IMG/VR virus record: IMGVR_UViG_2713896904_000008
Span: 1-23,195 of that record
Reading direction: 5' to 3' (one strand)
Length of the DNA: 23,195 nt
Source: a virus
Taxonomy: Duplodnaviria; Heunggongvirae; Uroviricota; Caudoviricetes
Part shown: piece after piece, positions 17,201-23,195 of the stretch
How the letters are laid out: every line of letters begins with the position of its first letter
Position numbering within the stretch: the stretch's first letter is position 1
Translations under genes and position numbers: made by a program
The notes under the pieces: model-generated
Told to the model about the DNA's origin: nothing
The model's input: the letters and a program-made list of their open reading frames with translations, nothing else
The model's database searches: none

Positions 17201-17809
17201 TCTGGTGGTAGTTGGGCTAGCTGGCGTGACCGTGCTTCCGGTTTACAAGTTGATTGTCCTCAATCAACCGATTCCGCTCATAACATCTGGAAAGCGACTC
17301 ATTGGGGAAAATATCATATTGCGGCAATGGGTGTGCATGTTCCTGGCGGCACTATAGGTAATGCTATGGCACGTCTAAACGTAAATGACGCCAACTTTGA
17401 CTTTAACGCTGCGGGTGATTTTAGCGCAGGTCGTAACGGTAGCTTTAACGATGTTTATATTCGTTCTGACCGTCGTCTGAAAGTTAATCTGGAAGAATTA
17501 AAAGATGATGCTTTAGAGAAAGTAAACTCCCTGAAAGTCTACTCATACGATAAAGTTAAGTCTCTTAAAGATCGTAGTGTGATTAAACGCGAAGTCGGTA
17601 TTATTGCTCAGGATCTTGAAGAAGTATTGCCGGAAGCAGTAGGTATTCAATCCACCGAAGATCCAGAAAATCCAGAAGCAATTAAGACTATTTCTAACTC
17701 CGCTGTTAATGCCTTGATTATTAAAGCTATTCAGGAAATGGACGCCAAATATAAAGCCCAGATCGAAGCATTACAGAAAGAAATTGCCGAACTCAAAGCA
17801 ACTAAATAA
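14234..17809 (+). CDS. Long tail fibre protein with C-terminal intramolecular chaperone / self-cleaving domain (1191 aa)
   Basis: N-terminal KRTQTAGKKPTPEQLQVGEIAI anchor-like motif; 72-aa tandem repeats; C-terminus SDRRLK ... GIIAQDLEEVLPEAV resembles the chaperone domain of phage T5 L-shaped fibre and endosialidases (Ser-Lys dyad motif). Confidence 0.85.
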   Translation: MQSIQFKRTQTAGKKPTPEQLQVGEIAIQMADHVIYTKDKNNAVVQVSVSPESHNALNTKVDNNKKTTDATIAANKTEAANALATAKSELNNTINTKDTATNKRIDATNTTVSNLTQTVTANKTDADTKINNLTGTVASNKSAIETTVANNKRDADNKIAALTTTVNDNNTAINNKVNTTNTNVSNLTKTVTANKTDADNKISSLTSTVAANKTAIEKVVSDNKKDADTKISNLTGTVNSNHTAINAKVDKNKTDTDSAIAAANRRIDSIEGSNDALYIKKNTNTYHHGYLLTKTANYLEDQTSRDLNYFGAFRTNGQDGLMDLTLNVPHSAGKAHGRGFTFRYASGGSRVETYGFDREGQKNFSYKMYHEGDKPTPGEIGAYTKAEVDKMFVKNVTMSVPNSSENVSAYFKLATATIPQNGRSVFFRIHGGNGYNVTAYDQVDVVEILLRSGNDRPKGLNVIAYRRNTNKDFEVFAVNTSGDNYDIYVKYQRYTDNVIVEYGKSVYVSLTVYDTPEATLIKPSVGVIGGRNVTLFNTENKRGVLSFDDNTQNSYDIVHLSNDRGTGRKYIRKFRSNYNEMIWHETVQGNTYRLATGTTDASEVFRITSRTMFTGKGVFDAGQNVLRLERPSNQSNYIEWQDRRNGADARQGWIGFGGAETNNFQWYSDQGKNSFLLDANGQCSIITGATKIVYTNGEYCSGNSNAYRMAFGNYGAFWRNDGTKVYLLSTAENDKLGGWNTYRPFIYDLTSGNVQLGGDGNEDALTLERASRAARFSNDVYIKKGHLTFDAGRLGSRDFFKINHWGDSNNARDNILQFEDSQGAHFTTERAMGTGNITARFKGFVRVESGEIAFDANRGSQSQFTLHTWGNEQRKQVFECKDATSYHWYTERTQGGTGPILFAMAGSLNVASNITTTGADITFKRAGNKHIWFRDPDGLELGLMYCDDAGAIRFRGQKQAQTWKLADKMIHLESGSVGGSDKGLIRGNVSGGSWASWRDRASGLQVDCPQSTDSAHNIWKATHWGKYHIAAMGVHVPGGTIGNAMARLNVNDANFDFNAAGDFSAGRNGSFNDVYIRSDRRLKVNLEELKDDALEKVNSLKVYSYDKVKSLKDRSVIKREVGIIAQDLEEVLPEAVGIQSTEDPENPEAIKTISNSAVNALIIKAIQEMDAKYKAQIEALQKEIAELKATK
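14558..14990. repeat. Two tandem ~216-bp repeats (72 aa each, with ~14-aa sub-periodicity TVTANKTDADxKIxxLTxTV) in the fibre shaft
   Basis: NTTVSNLTQTVTANKTDADTKI at residue 109 and NTNVSNLTKTVTANKTDADNKI at residue 181. Confidence 0.7.
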
Positions 17810-17864
17810 TAAAAGTCGGGGGACTAGTTCCCCCGTAATAACAATTTAATTAAGGGGTAATTCT

Positions 17865-18341
17865 ATGTCTCAGCAATTTAAAGATATTTTTACTGGTGGT
17901 CTGGTAAGTCTGTTCTATCACGCCGATACCACTAACACCAATCTTGCACATGAAAGCTATGAAGAAATTAAAGAGTGTGCTGGTTTTCCTGAAACTGGTA
18001 TCGAGCGCGGTACTGTAGAAGTTAAATCCTTCTCTTCTCAGTATAACCGTAAACTGGTAGGGAAGCTGAACGTTCCTGATCTGACTCTGACCGTTAACTA
18101 CATCCCAGGCGATGCGGTACATGAAAAACTGATCAAAGCTGCCGAAGACGGTACTCGTATTCAGATTAAAGTAGAATATTACGTTGACGCAGCAAAACAG
18201 ACTGGTATTCGCACCGCTTTCAACGGCTTCATTTCTAAAGTTGCTATGAACGGTGGCGATGAAGAAGTGGTAACTAAAGAGTTTACCTTTGCAGTGGACG
18301 GCAAACCGCTGAAACAGGAAATCTTCAATACTGCCTCTTGA
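17865..18341 (+). CDS. Major tail (tube) protein, 158 aa
   Basis: Position immediately upstream of chaperone/tape-measure genes; strong codon bias; GGGGTAA RBS; stop TGA. Confidence 0.75.
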   Translation: MSQQFKDIFTGGLVSLFYHADTTNTNLAHESYEEIKECAGFPETGIERGTVEVKSFSSQYNRKLVGKLNVPDLTLTVNYIPGDAVHEKLIKAAEDGTRIQIKVEYYVDAAKQTGIRTAFNGFISKVAMNGGDEEVVTKEFTFAVDGKPLKQEIFNTAS

Positions 18342-18452
18342 ACTTTCGAAGAACAACCCCAGCCAATTCAAGATGAACCTACGGTGATTCCAGAATTAGA
18401 GGTTGTTACGGCGAAAGCCACAGCTAAACGAAGCCGCAAGGCTAAAGATTAA
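18342..18452 (+). other. In-frame open extension after the major tail TGA stop (36 codons: TFEEQPQPIQDEPTVIPELEVVTAKATAKRSRKAKD, then TAA); candidate readthrough segment
   Basis: Hand translation; shares the 24-nt block gttacggcgaaagccacagctaaa (peptide VTAKATAK) with the capsid extension. Confidence 0.45.
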
Positions 18453-18457
18453 TTATA

Positions 18458-18486
18458 AGCCCTGCCTTAATGGTGGGGCTTTTTTA
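18458..18486 (+). terminator. Rho-independent terminator (agccctgcc-ttaat-ggtggggct + TTTTT)
   Basis: Same stem sequence as the terminator at 12559. Confidence 0.75.
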
Positions 18487-18500
18487 TTGGAGTAATAAAA

Positions 18501-19007
18501 ATGGCAAATGTCGTTAATAAGCCCGGCTGGGTCGGATCATCGGCTGTTTCTGTAACTGGCAAGAGATGGATGCGTGAGGCTATGCAAGCGTTAAAAGTTG
18601 GTGTTCCTGGTAATATGAGCGCGATGTGTGGTCGTGGTATGGATACGGTTGTAGCTACTGCTGCATGGTCTACTTCATTGGGTAATAACTGGGGTGTAAC
18701 TGCTTCAAACTATCCAGTAACTGACATGCGCGGTAAAGGATCTATGGAGAACCCCGAAAACGTGGGCGTAGGGCGTCTGATTGGCGTTATCGTTGGTCAA
18801 TTCAATGGCGGTACTCCTACTATGGCTGTATATCTCCAGAACGGTAGAGCGGGGAATATAACCGTTAATTTGGGTGGTGCTGCTGTCACTGTTCCTTATA
18901 ACAGTATGCAAAGTGGTTTTCATTACTACTGGTTAAGCAATCCTCCGGCTGCTTTCCTCAATAACATTAAGAAGACTGGCACTAAGCAGACTTTGAAAAT
19001 CTCATAA
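18501..19007 (+). CDS. Hypothetical Gly-rich protein (168 aa); moron-like insertion between major tail gene and tail chaperone
   Basis: Own RBS (GGAG) directly after a terminator; codon usage (aga, ata, tta, gga, ggg, agt) differs from the flanking highly biased structural genes. Confidence 0.55.
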   Translation: MANVVNKPGWVGSSAVSVTGKRWMREAMQALKVGVPGNMSAMCGRGMDTVVATAAWSTSLGNNWGVTASNYPVTDMRGKGSMENPENVGVGRLIGVIVGQFNGGTPTMAVYLQNGRAGNITVNLGGAAVTVPYNSMQSGFHYYWLSNPPAAFLNNIKKTGTKQTLKIS

Positions 19008-19040
19008 ATACACCGCAATCAACTTTATGAGGACTCAAGA

Positions 19041-19349
19041 ATGAATATTAACGAAATGTTAGCCGCTTTAACTCCTGCTCGTAAATCTATTGAAATCAAC
19101 GGTTTTAAATTTTATGCCCGTCCGATGACCGTAGTAGAATTTAACGAGCACATCACCGCAGTAGATAAGAATGGTCGTGATGAACTGACTATTCTCAATT
19201 GTGTACAGGATGAAGACGGCAATCAGATTTTTGAATCAATCGAACAAGTCAACGCTCTTTATACTACCGCTAAACAGAAATTGATTGGTTTGGTTGCTAT
19301 GGCTTCCATCATGCCGGAACCGTCAGAAGTTGAAGAATCGGTAAAGTAA
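19041..19349 (+). CDS. Tail assembly chaperone (G-like), 102 aa
   Basis: Position immediately upstream of tape measure gene; followed by an overlapping -1 frame ORF. Confidence 0.6.
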   Translation: MNINEMLAALTPARKSIEINGFKFYARPMTVVEFNEHITAVDKNGRDELTILNCVQDEDGNQIFESIEQVNALYTTAKQKLIGLVAMASIMPEPSEVEESVK

Positions 19350-19723
19350 ACCCCTTCTTGAAGTTCTATTATCGGCAGATTATGCGTAAAGGGCTTAGTA
19401 AAGATGAAATGCTCACTATGCCGATCACTTTATTCTATAGCCTATACATTTTCGACACGTTCTTAGAACCGCAATCACCTGTATTTCACGATGATCAGAT
19501 GGCGATGCTTCAATATACCATGTATATGACGTCGCCTAACATGACTCGTGATTTTGCTAAAAAGATTAAACCTAGTCAATTCAAATCAATTAGCGACGAA
19601 AAAGTATTCCTTACTAAGAAAGATATTGAGGAAAGGGAACGTAAGAAGCGGGAAGAAAATAAAGCTGCAATGCTTTCTCTGTTCGATCCTGCATTACTCG
19701 ATACTCTCAAGAAGGGTAAATAA
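19334..19723 (+). CDS. Tail assembly chaperone extension (T-like) in the -1 frame; probable G-T frameshift product
   Basis: -1 frame open from 19334, overlapping the last 5 codons of the G ORF; no SD before TTG 19358; candidate slip at A-AAG-UAA (19343-19349). Confidence 0.45.
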   Translation, partial: RIGKVNPFLKFYYRQIMRKGLSKDEMLTMPITLFYSLYIFDTFLEPQSPVFHDDQMAMLQYTMYMTSPNMTRDFAKKIKPSQFKSISDEKVFLTKKDIEERERKKREENKAAMLSLFDPALLDTLKKGK

Positions 19724-19730
19724 TATTGCC

Positions 19731-19758
19731 GCCCTGCCGTTATTGGCGGGGCTTTTTT
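19731..19758 (+). terminator. Rho-independent terminator (gccctgcc-gttatt-ggcggggc + TTTTTT)
   Basis: Third member of the gccctgcc / ggggc terminator family. Confidence 0.75.
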
Positions 19759-19776
19759 GTATAAAGAGAGGTACAC

Positions 19777-22278
19777 ATGGCAAAAACTAAACATGTTTTG
19801 ACGGTTGAAGCCGAAATTAAAGAGGCTCAGAAAAAACTAAAACAATTAGAAGGTCAGATTAATTCCATTTCCGAAAAAGCGGGTAAGGGATTTAAAGTTA
19901 ATGGTGGTATTGGTGGCGGTGGATTCGGTGGTATATCTGAATTGGTAGGAATGGTAAACCGCTTTGCTGGTCCACAGGGGATCGCAGTCGCCGCAGCCGC
20001 AGCCACTAAGAAATTCGCGGATCACATCGCTGGTCTTTCTAGTGAACTAAGACAAGCCTCAGAGATGAGCGGTGTTGGGATTGAAGAATTACAGCGTTTA
20101 ACAGGGGTGATGAAAAACGTTAATTTAACCGCTTCCCAAGCTGCTGATATTCATAAAGACGTTAACGAGAAAATCTATGAAGCCGTTCAATCTGGTACGG
20201 GTGAGATTGCTGGTGTTGCCAAAGAATATAAGCTGAAATTTGAAGAAATCAGCAAGGTAACAGAAAACGGTGGTACTGGTATTGATGCACTCGCTAAGAT
20301 GTATTATATGCTTCGTGAACAAGGACACACAGCAAACGAGGCAGCGAGCGCCATTTCTCGTGTTAGTGATAAAGGTGGTGAACTGGCGAATCAGTTTGAG
20401 AAAATGGGGTCAGAGGCTGAATATTACAAGCAGAAGGCTAGCCAGTCTATTAACATTACCGAAGAGATGGCAAAGAAACACGCTGAATATGAGCAAAAAA
20501 CCAAAGATTTAGGAACTGCCATTGATGGTATTAAGGTAGAAGTATTTCAAGACCTGATCGTTGGTATGACTGACTTTTTTAATCATCTCTATCGGTCATT
20601 AGTTCAGTATAAATCTGATGCTGCTTTAACAGATAATTTTAAAGCACCAAAATTAACTGGCGTAGCAAAAGAACAACAAGAAAAATTACAGCAACAATTT
20701 CATAAAAACAGCACACATAAAACTGGTATAGGTGGATCTACTGGTAATTGGATGGGTAAAGAGCAAGGATTAAGCTATCAAGAAGCATTGATGCTCGTTA
20801 AAATGAATATGGATCCGACCAAGTATTTCAAGCACGCCAATAACCAGATGTACCGCGCCTTGCAAATGGCTCGTGAAGGTAAAAACTTCAATAACTCCGA
20901 TGCTCGCAAGAACTTTAGATTCACGTTCGATGGCAAGGTCTATGACGGCAACTACAACCAGATTGAAATTGCCAAAAAACAGGAAAATGACGGTAAAGGG
21001 CTTAACTCTGGTGGCGGTACTACTTGTTCTAAGTGTGGTGGTAAGAAGCACGAAGGTAACGAGAAATGCCCTGTTGATTTGGCTAAGGAAGCCCAGCAAC
21101 GCCGCGAGAAGGAACAAAAACAGCGAGAGGAGGCACTCAAGAAACTGAATGATCTCGATGTTAAATTGCAAGGACAGACCGCAGCGTCTATCACTTCTCA
21201 AAACAAGCAATTAGAAACCAGCTTAAAAGATCTTGATAATGCTGTTAAGTTGGGGCTTATTTCTCAGGAAGACGCAGCTACTAAACGCCAGCAACTGATC
21301 GACCAGAACGCCGAAAACGTTTATAAGATGGTCTTAGGTGCTGATCCGGTTGATGCTCTGAATGCTTTAACACAATTGCAACAAATCAGGGACAATGAGT
21401 TAGAAAGCCATAAACGGTTACTTGATGGTAAGGCTATCTCCTACGAAGAATATATGCGTCGTGTGAATGATACCGAACAAAGTTATTCGCAGATTGAAGA
21501 TTCTTTGCATGGAATGGATGGTTTTAAATCCAATCAATTAACAGATAGTTTCTCATATCAAGATCCGAATGATCCGTTTGCTGCTTTTAATTCCATTGAT
21601 CAAGAAAAAAGAGAAGCCGAACAAGATTACCAGACTAAGAAACTTGATATTAATAACATCAAAGATCCGAAAGAGCGGTATAAACAGTTAGAAAAACTCA
21701 ACGCTGAACATCAAAAGAAAATGGCAGCTATTGAGAAACAATATTCTGATGCTCGTTTAGGTATTGCTTCCGACATGTATGATGGTATTTCTGGTGCTAT
21801 GGCTCTCTTTGGTGCGGAAAACTCTAAAGCGGCTAAAGCTGCATTTATGGCGCATCAAGCCTACCAGATCGGCGAAGCAACGGTTAGCACTTACGCTGGT
21901 GCTGCTGCTCAGATCGCGAAGCAAAACTATGCTGGTGCGGCTTTGATCGTCGCTCAAGGTTTAGCACAGGTTGCTAAAATCAAATCTGTATCGGTTAGCG
22001 GTATGGCTCATGATGGTATCGATAACATCCCTCGTGAGGGTACATGGTTGCTTGATAAGGGTGAACGAGTAGTTGATCAGCGTACTAACGGTGATTTGAA
22101 AGACTTCTTATCTGCTCAAAAATCAGGTGGTGGTAACTCTCAGCCGATTGAAGTTAATGCGCCTTTGAACATTAACGGCAACGTTAATAGCTCAGACAAG
22201 ATGGTCATGGAAGCTATCAAACGTCATGCTAAGTTAGTTGCTCAGGCGGTAGAAGACGCACAGCGCCGTAAGATGTAA
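19777..22278 (+). CDS. Tail tape measure protein (833 aa)
   Basis: Long helical, Ala/Lys/Glu/Gln-rich protein with Gly-rich segment; canonical position after the chaperone pair. Confidence 0.85.
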   Translation: MAKTKHVLTVEAEIKEAQKKLKQLEGQINSISEKAGKGFKVNGGIGGGGFGGISELVGMVNRFAGPQGIAVAAAAATKKFADHIAGLSSELRQASEMSGVGIEELQRLTGVMKNVNLTASQAADIHKDVNEKIYEAVQSGTGEIAGVAKEYKLKFEEISKVTENGGTGIDALAKMYYMLREQGHTANEAASAISRVSDKGGELANQFEKMGSEAEYYKQKASQSINITEEMAKKHAEYEQKTKDLGTAIDGIKVEVFQDLIVGMTDFFNHLYRSLVQYKSDAALTDNFKAPKLTGVAKEQQEKLQQQFHKNSTHKTGIGGSTGNWMGKEQGLSYQEALMLVKMNMDPTKYFKHANNQMYRALQMAREGKNFNNSDARKNFRFTFDGKVYDGNYNQIEIAKKQENDGKGLNSGGGTTCSKCGGKKHEGNEKCPVDLAKEAQQRREKEQKQREEALKKLNDLDVKLQGQTAASITSQNKQLETSLKDLDNAVKLGLISQEDAATKRQQLIDQNAENVYKMVLGADPVDALNALTQLQQIRDNELESHKRLLDGKAISYEEYMRRVNDTEQSYSQIEDSLHGMDGFKSNQLTDSFSYQDPNDPFAAFNSIDQEKREAEQDYQTKKLDINNIKDPKERYKQLEKLNAEHQKKMAAIEKQYSDARLGIASDMYDGISGAMALFGAENSKAAKAAFMAHQAYQIGEATVSTYAGAAAQIAKQNYAGAALIVAQGLAQVAKIKSVSVSGMAHDGIDNIPREGTWLLDKGERVVDQRTNGDLKDFLSAQKSGGGNSQPIEVNAPLNINGNVNSSDKMVMEAIKRHAKLVAQAVEDAQRRKM

Positions 22279-22283
22279 TTAAA

Positions 22284-22328
22284 AGCCCCCATAGTCATAA
22301 ATAATCATAAAACTATGGGGGCTTTTCT
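22284..22328 (+). terminator. Hairpin with perfect 12-bp stem (agcccccatagt / actatgggggct) and 16-nt AU-rich loop, followed by TTTT
   Basis: Read directly; overlaps the RBS region of the next ORF. Confidence 0.45.
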
Positions 22329-23195
22329 ATGTTCAAATCAAAGAATATTAAAATCACAGATTTTACTCTTAAATCAAAACAGCCTTTCTTTAAGGCGCAA
22401 TCTATCTCCGGTAAGTTCCAGCGTCGCTTTACTGGCATCCATTTTTACGAAGCAGAATTTACCGCGAATTTCATGGCTCAGGATATTAACGAAGTAAAAG
22501 AATTTGTAGCACGTCACCTTTTTGGTCGTCCTTTCAATGTGCCACTGTCTTACTTTTCAAAATATACAGGTGATGTACGCCAGATGGTTACGGCTGCTGC
22601 TGGTACTGCTCGCGGTGGGCGTAAGGTGAGAATCTCCAACTTCACCGGAACACTGAAAGCAGGAACTATCATCCAGTTTGAGAACCACAAGAAAATCTAC
22701 ACGATCACCGAAGACGTGAAATCAGGTGGTGAAATGAAACTCTTCCCTAACTTGCGTCAGAACGTCCTGGCGGGTGAGGTGATCAAGTATCAGAACGTAG
22801 AAGGTGAATTTGTTCTCAAAACTGAAAATATCGATTGGAAGATCGCCCAGATTGGCAACCCAAAGTATCCGGTTGATTTTAAAGCTATTGCTGAGGCCGC
22901 TGCGGAATATCAGGTGGCGCTGGAAATCAATAATTCTTCATTCTTACATTCGCGTAAGGGGAGTGAGGATAACTGCCGTGCGGTTGCTGCTGCTGTACGC
23001 GATGCCGGGGGCTGGGTGGCATTAGGATCGGATTCTCACACTGCATTTACGATGGGGGAATTTGAAGAGTGCCGTAAAATTCTTGACGCAGTAGATTTTC
23101 CACAAGAGCGCATTTTGAATGTTTCTCCGCGCCGCTTGCTGAGTTTCCTTGAATCTCGCGGTATGTCGCCGATTGCGGAATTTGCTGACTTTTAA
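22329..23195 (+). CDS. Chimeric ORF: 3'-truncated minor/distal tail protein (~172 aa, phage codon usage) fused in frame to the C-terminal ~115 aa of a YcdX-like PHP phosphoesterase
   Basis: Abrupt codon-usage change near 22850; C-terminal GNPKY ... [11 protein letters not shown] ... GSDSH ... AEFADF matches, from memory, the C-terminus of E. coli YcdX. Confidence 0.6.
   Translation: MFKSKNIKITDFTLKSKQPFFKAQSISGKFQRRFTGIHFYEAEFTANFMAQDINEVKEFVARHLFGRPFNVPLSYFSKYTGDVRQMVTAAAGTARGGRKVRISNFTGTLKAGTIIQFENHKKIYTITEDVKSGGEMKLFPNLRQNVLAGEVIKYQNVEGEFVLKTENIDWKIAQIGNPKYPVDFKAIAEAAAEYQVALEINNSSFLHSRKGSEDNCRAVAAAVRDAGGWVALGSDSHTAFTMGEFEECRKILDAVDFPQERILNVSPRRLLSFLESRGMSPIAEFADF
22852..23195 (+). other. 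ycdX: 3' fragment of a host ycdX-like gene (PHP-family phosphatase); host-phage or chimeric junction at ~22845-22855
   Basis: PHP-domain motifs ALEINNS and GSDSH; host-like codon usage (ggg, agt, tta, gga, tcg); identification by recall, not by search. Confidence 0.55.

Noticed and set aside
20125-21957. Short ORFs on both strands inside the tape measure gene
   Set aside because: Nested in the 833-codon tape measure ORF; typical shadow frames of a low-complexity coding region.

Overview
The window reads as a tailed-phage (siphovirus-like) genome segment with E. coli-type codon usage, ending in a host-gene junction. All family assignments are from motifs read by eye; no database search was run. 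Positions 1-6300 are an early/regulatory region: small hydrophobic ORFs, a leftward operon of three paralogous HTH-like proteins, a Rha-type regulator, an acidic protein, an 8-copy direct-repeat array, a ~1 kb ORF-free structured island and many hairpin terminators. Positions 6373-22850 are a rightward late module: large terminase, portal, a protease-scaffold-major capsid fusion ORF, head-completion genes, a tail-tube paralog with a fibre-like C-terminal domain, a 1191-aa tail fibre with C-terminal intramolecular chaperone, major tail protein, a moron-like gene, tail chaperones, tape measure and a 3'-truncated minor tail gene. The most notable observation: the major capsid and major tail genes are the only late genes ending in TGA, both followed by ACT and an open in-frame extension (45 and 36 codons) sharing a basic C-terminal peptide, which suggests programmed stop-codon readthrough. 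Also notable: an in-frame internal start with a sharp codon-usage switch inside the capsid ORF, and a final ORF that switches at ~22850 into the 3' end of a host ycdX-like (PHP phosphoesterase) gene.
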